Source of the DNA: Octopus vulgaris
Lineage: Eukaryota
Length of the DNA: 64,000 nt
Direction: 5' to 3'
NCBI GenBank assembly: GCA_951406725.2
Contig: OX597823.1
Location: 70,556,001-70,620,000 of the forward strand
Shown here in pieces: positions 53,701 to 64,000 of this stretch (within the stretch, counting starts at the first letter, position 1; every line of letters starts with the position of its first letter). The position numbers and the translations under genes are program-made. The notes under the pieces are model-generated. The model was given only the letters and a program-made list of their open reading frames with translations, was not told the DNA's origin and made no database searches.

Positions 53701-54099
53701 TCCTCATCTCTTAAATATAGAACTGTATTACTGTTGCTGTTTCCAAGGTAACTTATTCAAGTATTTGGGATATCTTCTTTTAATTGTTCACTAAAATGTT
53801 TATTTTCTTCTTCCTCTTGTACATTTAGCTTTAAATTTTGATTTTGTGATGTTTTTCCCATTGTAGCGTTTAGTCTCATAGCATAATTCTGTGGGGGAGT
53901 CATTGCATTGAGGATATGAAAATGCAATGAGTGTAAATAACAAACCTCTTTGTTTTCTGTCGCCTACTCTGGGTATCGAAGGCAGCCTCATCATGGGCAA
54001 TTATAGTTATTTTTATAAGTATTTCAAAGAAATTTCTATTTGATAAAACTTAAATAGACTGTTTCGAAGAATAAAAAATATGTCTCCACATTACGAGAG

Positions 54100-54400
54100 T
54101 CAAAGTCGACCTCTGCGGAATTTGAACTCAAATCGTTAAGGGTCAAAAGAAATGCCGTTAAGCATTTTGTATTTCATGCCTACGATTCTGTTAGCTTGTC
54201 GTCTTATTCTCTTTAATATTAGTACAAGATCATCGGTTAAGTCAATTACATCGATCCCAGTACTTGACAGGTACTTTATTTTATTAAGCCCTAAATGATG
54301 AAAGGCAAAGTCGACTTCGGTGAGATTTGAACACAGAACGTAAAAATCTGTAACAGTTACTGCTTGGTATTTTCTTCGATTCTACTAGCTCGCCGGCTTA
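54100..54400 (-). mobile_element. Two diverged SINE family C fragments
   Basis: aaagtcgac..ggaatttgaac cores. Confidence 0.65.
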
Positions 54401-54814
54401 ACCAGTCAAATTTTCTTGCTTGTTTGTTTACCATCACTCCAACTTAAAAATAAAGAGGAACCTCGAAATAAATTTCTGTATGTTTTGTCAAATATAATCT
54501 TATTACAAATTATAACAATGATATGCAGAAATGCATGGATTTTATAGATGCTCCTGTGTTTTCTCAAGAGAAAATACAGTAGAAAGATTATCCAGCTACA
54601 ACGAGTCAGGGAACATGATAATTGAAAGAAAAGTAAATTTTAACCTCAAGCTACTTCATGGCTGTTGTAAATGCTCCTACATCATACAGACGGTCGGTGC
54701 ATTGATGCTATAAAGAAAAAAAGATACACAAATATAACTTTGAATGAACATGAATAATTGGTCTGAAAAACAATATATATAACTAGATGAGAAAAAATAA
54801 AATACACAAGAATA

Positions 54815-55774
54815 CAGGGTGCGTAAACAATTTGAGGACATACCTTTTTTTGGGCCATTGCTGCATTTTTGCTAACTCTATATAATCTTTGTTTCGGAAA
54901 ATAATAACGGCAGACCCTCAGCTTACTCAAAGAAATGAAGAGGCATGCTGTTATTGTGATTGTAAAGGCTGAGCATAGTGATTTAGAAATATCTCGATTT
55001 TTAAAAGTTGCCAGATCTTTCGTCTACAAAGTTTGTAAGGAGCTGGAGACTGAAGATGGAAACGTATCACCAGTATCGAAGCATATAAAGCATTCTAAAC
55101 GCTCTGAAATCATCAGAACACCTAAATTTATTTAGAAAATTCAACAGACTATTGATTACAATCCCAGAAAGTCCATGAGATCAATTGCAAAAGACCTCCA
55201 TGTGTCAGAAGGAAGTCAGTAATGTTGTCCACGAAGACAGACATAAGTCTTATGTGATGAGTTAACTCTGCCGCCTACATTGAATTCTTGGAAATAATTG
55301 TTAAGCCCTGGATACACAGTGTATGTAATAGAAGGCCATATGCGTTTCAGTAAGTCTCTGCACTATCCCACATGGCTCTAGTAACACAGGAATGGGTGGT
55401 TGAAATTTTTCATGATCACGTAACCCCCTAACATTTTGCATCCTAATCCCCCAGATCTCAAATAATTGGACTTTTACATGTGGAGCGTTGTTGAGAGATA
55501 GATCAATGAACACGCCCGTAACACCAAAGATTTTTTGAAAGCTGCCATAGTCAGAGTAATGTCCAAAATGAACCAGGACCAGTTGATTCGAGCGTGTAGA
55601 TAATTTAGCTCTCGTATAGAAGCAGTTGTTGAAGCTGACGGTGGCTTTATTGACTAACATTATAGAAAAGGCTTATTTTTATCCTCATAACATTTTTTGA
55701 TAAATAAAGTTATCTGTTATTATATATGTTTTTTTATAAACACAAATCTGTCCTCGAATATCTTACGCAACCCG
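54815..55774 (+). mobile_element. Tc1/mariner DD37D (maT-like) element with TIRs, internally deleted
   Basis: TA|cagggtgcgtaaacaatttgaggaca ... tgtcctcgaatatcttacgcaacccg|TA. Transposase remnants MKRHAVIV.., PPDL..LDFYMW, EADGGFID. Confidence 0.85.
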
Positions 55775-55837
55775 TAGAGGACATCGGCAGGCGAATTTAG
55801 AAATCAAGGCAGTAAAAATTAATGGTTACAAATTATT

Positions 55838-56290
55838 TAGCAAATATTCTACTCAGTACCACAGATTTACTTGTCAGTTGTTTGACCATAACCAGTTGAA
55901 CATGTCCTTTAGTGGCTGACGATATGTACATCTCTGATCACGAGCAGAAGTAGTGGGGGAACATCATAGCCATGTGTTGAGAGGATTTTTTTAAGGTTTT
56001 GGATAATTCTCGTAACATGTGTGTTTCGTTCATCATCCTTAAGCAAACCTTATTCAGTGACCTTTTTTGGCGGTTGGGCTACTTGACCTGAAAAAATTTC
56101 TAACTTGGCCCCCACCTACAAGCTCATGTGCTGTTTATCTCGATATGAGATCACCATGTCTCACAGATATGGTTGTGATGCATGTGCCTGATGTACCCTT
56201 ATGTGACGGGTATCATGATGAGTATATTGGGCTTCGTATATTTGTAGCCCAGTGTCAATTTGATGGCATGCATTACTCTCTCACTGCATA
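55838..56290. mobile_element. Second copy of the 45945-46458 repeat
   Basis: Direct sequence similarity. Confidence 0.75.
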
Positions 56291-56299
56291 ATGATAATC

Positions 56300-56510
56300 C
56301 TTTCTATCATTGGCATAAGGCCTGAAATTTGGAGGGAGGGGGTTAGTCGATTACATCGACCCAAGTGTTTCACTGGCATTCAATTTATTGACCCCAAAAG
56401 GATGAAAGGCAATATCAACCTCGGCGGAATTTGAACACAGAACGTGAAGACGGACGAAATGCCGCTAAGCATTTTACTGGACGTGCTAACAATTCTACTA
56501 GCTCACCACC

Positions 56511-56512
<2 letters not shown>
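56300..56512 (-). mobile_element. SINE family C
   Basis: Core similarity to 40468-40713. Confidence 0.75.
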
Positions 56513-56558
<46 letters not shown>

Positions 56559-56560
56559 CA

Positions 56561-56600
<40 letters not shown>

Positions 56601-56644
56601 ATAATAATAATAATAATACTAATAATATTAATAATAATAATAAT

Positions 56645-56995
56645 AATTAAAGACGACGATAGAACAGAAAGAAAAAGTACAATCACTTAAAAATTTGAAA
56701 TTACAAGAATTTAGAATATGAAAACAGTAAATGTTGTGCCTATGATAATTGGTGCATTGGGAATTGTAAGCAAAGATATAGTCAACTAGTTGAAGGGGAT
56801 TGGAATACAATGTCCTGTAGACCTTCCACAGAAAATTTGCTTCTTTAGGGACAGGAAAGATAATCAGGAGGGTTTCAAGTATTTGAAAAACTATTTGAAA
56901 GACAATTGAAATATTGTGGATACCTAAGGCTACAGGTAGTGACCTACTACCCACATCAATTTACCAGGAATAAGTACGAACCTGGGTCAAATCTA
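56645..56995 (+). mobile_element. RLE-type LINE 3' end within AAT repeats
   Basis: VNVVPMIIGALGIV...QKIC.LGTGKIIRRV. Confidence 0.65.
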
Positions 56996-57196
56996 TAATA
57001 ATAGTAATTCTTCCTACTAGAGGTACAAGGTCTGAAATTTGGAGGATGGTAAGTTAATTATATCGACCACAGTACTCAAATGGTACTCCGAAAGAATGAA
57101 TGGCAAAGATGACCTCGGCGGAATTTGAACTCAGAACATAGCGACAGAAAAATTACCACTAAGCATAATAATAATAATAAAATAAATAAATAAATA

Positions 57197-57445
57197 CGCC
57201 CTTTTTCAAAGCCTAGCCAGGCTCATGGGCCCGGTTTCCCGGTTTCTATGGCGTATGTGTTCCCCAGCTAGACGGCACGCTAGTCCATCGCAGCGTTACT
57301 CATTTTTGCCAGCTGAGTGGACTGGAGCAACGTGAAATGAAGTGTTTTGCTCAAGAACACAACGCGTCGCCCGGTTCAGGAATCGAAAGCACAATCTTAC
57401 GGTCATGATGCTGACACCCTAACCACTAAGCCACGCGCCTCCACA
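57197..57445 (-). mobile_element. SINE family D-related
   Basis: cagctgagtggactggagcaacgtgaaatgaagtgttttgctcaagaacac core and a tRNA-like head at the right end. Confidence 0.8.
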
Positions 57446-57483
57446 TAATAATAATAATAACAACGATAATAATAATAATAATA

Positions 57484-57556
<73 letters not shown>

Positions 57557-57559
57557 GCT

Positions 57560-57757
57560 CAAGGCCTGAAATTTTGGTGGAGGGGACCAGTCGATTACAT
57601 CGAGCCCAGAGCGTAACTGGTATTTAATTTATCGACTGCGAAAGGATGAAAGGCAAAGTCGACCTTGGCGGAATTTGAACTCAGAACGTAGCGACAGGCG
57701 AAATACTGCTTAGCATTTCGTCCAGGAAGATAACGATACTGTCAGCTAGCCGCCTTA
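57560..57757 (-). mobile_element. SINE family C
   Basis: Core similarity to other family C copies. Confidence 0.75.
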
Positions 57758-57946
57758 TGGTCAGCATAAATATTGCCCCATCATATAGGCATTGTTTCGT
57801 TTGAAACAGCATAGTTAGATAAATATATACAAATTTTAAAAATGCCAAAAAAAAAGAAAATATTCAGTACAATACTGTTTCTACTTTGCGGATTTTCACC
57901 TAACGCGGGGAGTTTTGAAACGTAACACTCGAGATAGTCGAGGGAT

Positions 57947-57996
<50 letters not shown>

Positions 57997-58000
<4 letters not shown>

Positions 58001-59236
58001 CATCATAAAAAGCAAGAGACAGCCCAAATCTATGAAAAGTCTCCTAACACAAGCCCAAATACGCTCAACAACACGGAAGCCGTCAGTAAAAAAATGTGGA
58101 AGACCCAATTGTGGGATATGCAATTATCTAATTGAGGGATCAGAGTTCTCCTTCAAATAGGGACAAAGTTTCACAGTGAAAAGCAACTTCACATGTACTT
58201 CAGAGAACCTGATATACACACTAACCTGCTATGGGTGTCAAGAGCAATACATAGGCCAAACAAAAAATAGTCTACGTAAAAGAATGGCCCTGCACAGATC
58301 CCAGATAAAAATTCCCCAAAACAGAAAAATAGCATTCAGCCAACACATAAACATTTGCGCCAACAAAAATCCAAACTTCAGAATTTTTCCTCTTTACCAA
58401 TTCAGGGACGATACAACCTGGAGCCAACGAATTAGTAAAGAAACTCTCTTTATTACAAAATACAGGCCCCTTCTGAACGCGTCTACGACAAACGACATAT
58501 CCATCACGGTCTTAGAATAACACAAATACACACGCAAATATTAAAAATGATACACTCAAGAGATTCCCAAGAATTCATTAAAAAACAGCCCCAATAACTG
58601 CTATAATCCATAATGTGCCAATTTTAAGTAATTTAACACCTCACTACTTTCACACTACCTACATTCTTATTCTCCTTTCTTCTTCTTCTTCTTCTTCTTC
58701 TTCTTCTTCTTCTTCTTCTTCTTCTTCTTCTTCTTCTTCTTCTTCTTCTTCTTCTTCTTCTTCTTCTTCTTTGTCTCCTTCCTTCTCCTTCCTAACTTTA
58801 TCGCTAATGCTTTTTAGAATAACACCTACGCAAATTCTATAAACAAAGCACTCAAAAGAAATATCTTCATGAATTGAACAGCAACTGCTACCATCCACAG
58901 ACCATTCAACATACTACTATCATGGCACTCCCAAATTCTTCTTCTTCTTCTTCTTGTTCTTCCCCTTCTCCGCCTCCTCCTCCTTCTTCCCTACCAAGAA
59001 TTCACAACGACCTCGAACCCACAAGAGTAAACAAGAGAGACAGAGACAGGCAGAAACAAGGAAAATGCCACTTGTATTTGAACACTATACAAATATTCTT
59101 TTAAAAAAACTTTTCTTTTAATTTTTCTAAATTTAATTATTTAATTGTTACAGTTGCAAAAGTCTTAATGTCTGAAACCGGTACTGTAATGTTTTTTATA
59201 AAATTATTTTAGCATTTTCTATCTTGACTTTTTTTT

Positions 59237-59238
<2 letters not shown>
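57997..59238 (+). mobile_element. 5'-truncated Penelope-like element (GIY-YIG endonuclease and 3' region) flanked by (TA)n
   Basis: CGRPNCGIC...FTCTSENLIYTLTCYGCQEQYIGQTKNSLRKRMALH...KETLFITKYRPLLN in one frame with a single TAG at 58158-58160. Confidence 0.88.
59148..59189 (+). ncRNA. Hammerhead-like motif with U3-A8 and C6 core at the PLE 3' end
   Basis: ttacag TTGCAAA agtc-ttaat-gtct GAA ACCGGT A ctgtaa: 6-bp stem I, palindromic stem III, GUA triplet. Confidence 0.5.
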
Positions 59239-59288
<50 letters not shown>

Positions 59289-59291
<3 letters not shown>

Positions 59292-59575
59292 TGTGTGATA
59301 AGAACTTTGCTTCCTAACCACATCATTCGGAGTTTAGTCCTAAAGTAAAGTAAAAGTAAAGTTACCTTCTCGAGTCATACTGACACATAACGGCTGGTTT
59401 CCTGGTTTCAAGGCTTATATATTACCCCACCTGGACGGCACACCTGTTCGTCGCAAGTCTACTCATTTTTACCAGTTGAGTGGGTTGGAGCAACGTGAAA
59501 TGAGGTGTTTTGCTCAAGAACATAACGCGTCACCCAGTTCGGGAATCAAAACTCCAATCTTACGATCATGAGCCT
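59289..59575. mobile_element. Family B head fragment (+) joined to family D-related SINE (-)
   Basis: Similarity to the 23372 head and to 57197-57445. Confidence 0.65.
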
Positions 59576-59649
59576 AATATATATACAAGATATATACACT
59601 ATATACATATATGATGTACATACAAGATAAATAATATATTCTTTTCGAC

Positions 59650-59795
59650 TCTCTAGCACAAGACCCGAAATTTTTGGTGAGGGTCTAGTCGATTAGATCG
59701 ACCCCGTACGCAACTGGTACTTAATTTATCGACCCCGAAAGGATGAAAGGCAAAGTCGACCTCGGCGGAATTTGAAGACAGAACGTAATGACAGA
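59650..59795 (-). mobile_element. SINE family C fragment
   Basis: gaccccgaaaggatgaaaggcaaagtcgacctcggcggaatttgaa. Confidence 0.8.
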
Positions 59796-59799
59796 TGAC

Positions 59800-60775
59800 A
59801 TACTGTCGTTGTCGACGATGACCAAGGACATCACATGGGAGAATACGGTGCACGGTGTGTCCGGCTGTGGCCGATCGGTCCGATGTGAGCTCGGAAGGCT
59901 CTGCCACAGGTCGGGCACTTGTGGTCGGCTGGGACTGAAGGCAAGGAGTTGGCTCTGAACTTGCGCAGTTCGGGTTTTCTTTGAGTCCCTGCAATCCTGT
60001 TTTGTTCGTAGGATGTGACATCTCTATTGGTGCAGCTTCGCCAGGTAGGGCGGTCTTGCGCTTCCATTTCTCAGAAGTCGGGATTGATAGCGAAGCTCTT
60101 CAGTGAGGTTTCTTGAAGCGCCTCTTCTGTCTACCTTGAGTGCCCTTGTCTTCCACCAGTTTGTTGTAAAACAATCATTTGAGAAGTCGTGTGTTAGGCA
60201 TTCGAATAAGGTGGTCTGCCCACCTGACTTGCGCTCTTCTCAACTGTGTGTGAATACTTGGCAGATCAGCTCAAGAGAAGACCTCTTTGTCTTGGAGCTT
60301 GTGTTTCCAGGTGCTCATTCAGACAGTTAATGTGAAAGCGGTTTAGCTTTTTGGCGTGGTGTTCGTAAACCGTCCGAGTTTCGTTGGCATACGGTAGCGT
60401 ATGCAGTATACTTGTTTGGTACACCTTCGAATTGGTAGCTAGCCTAACGCTTCTCCTCTCCCATTGATTCACAGAGCTGCCCGAATGATGAATGTCCCTT
60501 TGTGATGAGTGTCCACATGCTACCGAAGTAAGAGAACTTATCCACAATTTCAAGCGTTTCCCCTTCGACAGTGATACTTGGTTCTACATATGGCTTCTGC
60601 GGGGTAGGTTGTAATATGAACTTTGTCTTCTGAGGTCTGATTGAGTGGCTGAAGTTGCAGGCAGTGGAAAAGCAGTTCATGCTCTACTGCATCTGGGCTT
60701 CTGTGGCGCGTTGAGTGCGCAGTCACCTGTGACCAGGAAGTCTTGCACACACTCCTCTTCAACCTAGGTCTTTAC
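59800..60775 (-). mobile_element. RTE-clade LINE 3' remnant with C-terminal C2H2 finger
   Basis: LEIVDKFSYFGS, KVYQTSILHTLPYANET..HAKKLNRFHINCL, AQDRPTWR, CPTCGRAFRAHIGPIGHSRTH. Confidence 0.85.
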
Positions 60776-63334
60776 ACGACCACACACACACACACAGACG
60801 CACGCGCGCACATGCATATACGTATATTGTTACATTTGGAGATGGTCATATTTTTGACAATTAACTACGCGCACTATATACTTGGTCTTCACTTTAGTTT
60901 TTTGTTATTATTTTTATTTTAGTGTCTTTTGTCTGAAAATCTTTCGTGACACATGCTGTGATCTCTCCAACGACTCTCCATCCCTCGTTTCACCTCTTGT
61001 GTGTGTGTAAAAATATATATGTACATACAAATGCTGATTATATATACATATATATATATACACACATACATCGATACACATACACACAAACAGATCTATA
61101 TTATGTCAAAGTTGACAGAGCATTCTGAGATGTTACTCAGCTGGGTGGTTCACGACGGTAGAGACAAGAGAAAAATCAACAATATATATATGGTTCACTA
61201 AAAGTTAGGTGTGTGTGTGCGTAGCTAGAACCATCGACTTCCAAGATCATACCTATGACTAACTCTCCTCCTGTCACCGCGATAGAGGAACCCCAAACAG
61301 ACAGTACAAGGAGTTCGTAAAGAAAGATCACCACAAATGGTCTGTACTGGCGGTTAACCATGAAGCGTGATATCTCAGTTCCTGTCGCCTTACTGCAAAC
61401 AACAAGGGTTAAAGCGCCGGTTTCTTTCCTTCTTTGCTTAGTCTCTGTTGGTTGCCAGAGAGCGATGAGGTAATTAATATGACTTTATTGTTGCAAGAAA
61501 TAATTTTTATTTCTCCATCTTTTCACCTGATGCTTTTTTGTTTCTGTACTGACGTGTTAGTTACTTCACCACATATTACTTGGGCTGTTATCCTTCATCA
61601 CTCATGAAACCGCTTCAGTTATCTGAACTCCGAGTGACACAAATGTTTGACCACGTCCAAAGCTTTTTCTGGAATAAGCGGCCTGTTAACTGAAATGTTT
61701 GTTTCCCTTAAATTTGTAAACCATATACGTATGGACCATCAATATCTTCGTACATCCCGGCCAATATGCGTTCGCGTTGTGGACCAAGGGTTACTTCTTT
61801 TGGTTTTTATTTAGCTTTAGGTTGATCCTTAACAATCATAGGCAATGTTGACGAAATGATGCTAAACTACAATATAATGTCTTTCTTCTTTTGTAAGAAT
61901 CAACAATTTTTAGAATTCCCAACATTTTAAAAACAAAAACTGCCTTTTCTTCGCTATGTCCTCCATAATTTACACGAAACCACAGTAACATGTTTGTATC
62001 TCTTACGAACCAAATAGAAATTTCGCAAAACGAACAAAACACTTAAATTCACCTTCATGTTGTGTATGCAAAAGTATGTAAGTTCCTAAAGTCAAATCCA
62101 CAAAGAATCAATTGGACATTAATAAGAAGGAATCAGATTCTTCTTTTCAAATAAATATTCGTCTGTAAGTTTGATGTTACGGGCTGTTACCTCAAAAATA
62201 TTTCTAGTTTGCGCATTTAATATTAAATAAATAAATAAATAACGCGGTAGTAATGTAGACTGAACATTAATTATCAAGAATGCAACAATGAAGATGTTCA
62301 AGCGTACCTAAGCGTACTGTACCTAAGCAGTCCTGATATTTACCAAAGATTCAAAGGACAAGAACGACAGAGAGTTGTTGATTACGTGTTCAATCTTTTT
62401 GCGTGCCAATATTCGAAATATCGCATACATAAGGATGTGGAACTGAGGGCTGTATTGTTTGATATCAGTATCTTGTTAAGGAGTTATATGTGCAAGGGAT
62501 GAAGTGGGACAAAATTTCTTACCTTTACAGCAAGAAATTTGGGAAAGTTGCAAGTTGGATTCAAATATAATTCGTAATAAGTTGTAATAAATTTCGTTAT
62601 AACGATATTCTTTAATATTTCGTTTTTGGATTTGGTTTGCAAGATTCTTTATATGAGTTCGTGTGTTGAAAAGGTTGCAAGACGCAACGAAAATTTTAGG
62701 GAAATAAAAATAACAAATCAGTGGAAATTTTACCGGTGAGTGTGTTACATTATAAGGCACAAAAAGAAAATGACTCTCCTCAGACACAACAAGATATTCT
62801 TTAACATTGCTTCAAGAGGCTTGTGGCGAGGATTGAAAAAATTCGTTATACAGAGCAATGTTATAACAGTGTTCGTTACAAGGGAATTTCACTAGTGTGT
62901 GTTCACACACACACACACACGCACACAGTGATGCGTGCGTGCATGCATGCATGAGTGCGCGTGTGTTGTTTCTGTTGAGGTTCTGAAAAAGGCATTCTGT
63001 AAAACTTAACGGTTGGCAAAGCGCAGAATATTAAATTCATATGAAGTAAACAGCAATAAGAAAATCTCAGCAACAGCGTCGCTTTATCAATGGAAAGCTA
63101 CATTTTGGTAAAGCAAGCAAGACGTCCTTTATTCCCCTTATTAACAGAATTATCCGACTTCAAAACGCGCTTTAGTCTTCGTTCGACTCACTGAACGAAG
63201 CGTCGGTTTAAGTGTATGTAAATGTTTCTCTCGTGCAGATGAACGCACACACATGAAAACGCACGCGAGCAGACATAGGGATACATCTATTCGTATACAT
63301 ACATACATACATACATACATACACATAAAGGAAA

Positions 63335-63740
63335 AGAATCACTTTCTATTGAAAGAACTGACCAGCTGCAAAGATGAAAACACATTTTTTCTTCTTTCTC
63401 TCTTCCTTCTTTCTTTCCTTCTCTTTTCCATTAACACTCTTTTCAGATACACAGATACCCATCCACCCACACACACGCACACATAAAGGATAAGAATGAT
63501 AAAAAGAAATCCAGACATTTTTTTTAAAAAAATAACATTTACCCCTCCCCCCTTGGAGTAGCCACCTGGTTTTGCCATTTTTAAAAGCCAAGAATCACTC
63601 TCTATTGAAAGAACTGACCAGCTGTATAAAAGTAAATACATTTTTTTCTTCTTTCTCTCTTCCTTCTTCCTTTCCTTCTCTTTTCCATTGACATTCCTTT
63701 CAGATACAAAGGCACACCCACACACACACCCACACACATA
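63335..63740 (+). repeat. Diverged direct duplication (63335-63480 vs 63590-63740)
   Basis: Both start aagaatcact.tctattgaaagaactgaccagctg and continue collinearly. Confidence 0.8.
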
Positions 63741-63859
63741 CACCCCCACACACGCACTCTCACTTTCTCCACATTCCTCACCCTCTTTTACCATCTCATA
63801 TCTCTCTCCACCCCTACACACTCAATAATGCTATAAAAGGAGACAAATCTGATAAAATT

Positions 63860-63983
63860 GAATCTGAAGACTCCACTAGAGTGGACGCAAGCGCTAATAT
63901 ATGATTTATAAAAACATATGACATATCAATAAATATCTGTAAATATAAAACCATCCAGATTTCTGAGTACTTATTTCTTCTAA
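63860..63983 (+). mobile_element. Penelope-type 3' end with degenerate hammerhead, abutting (TA)n
   Basis: CTGAAGA c-tccac-taga-gtgga-c GCA AGCGCT A. Tail homologous to the 22583-22728 element. Confidence 0.6.
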
Positions 63984-64000
63984 TATATATATATATATAT

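Overview
This is AT-rich, microsatellite-dense eukaryotic DNA. The SINE families and repeat texture suggest an octopus/cephalopod genome (inference). The only well-supported host gene segment is the first coding exon of a vesicular GABA/glycine transporter (SLC32A1/VGAT, minus strand, 7328-7648); the rest of that gene lies outside the window. Almost everything else is decayed or nested mobile DNA: a Rep/helicase Helitron plus non-autonomous Helitrons, Tc1/mariner and hAT remnants, RTE, L1/Tx1-like and RLE-type LINEs, a Gypsy-like remnant, several Penelope-like (GIY-YIG) elements and at least four SINE families. The most interesting signal is a set of short elements sitting in (TA)n microsatellites, several as spacerless palindromes. 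They carry minimal type I hammerhead ribozyme folds, including apparent compensatory variants of the tertiary 3-8 base pair (G3-C8 at 45254-45303, U3-A8 at 59148-59189). All calls are by eye; no searches or folding programs were run, and most TE boundaries are approximate.
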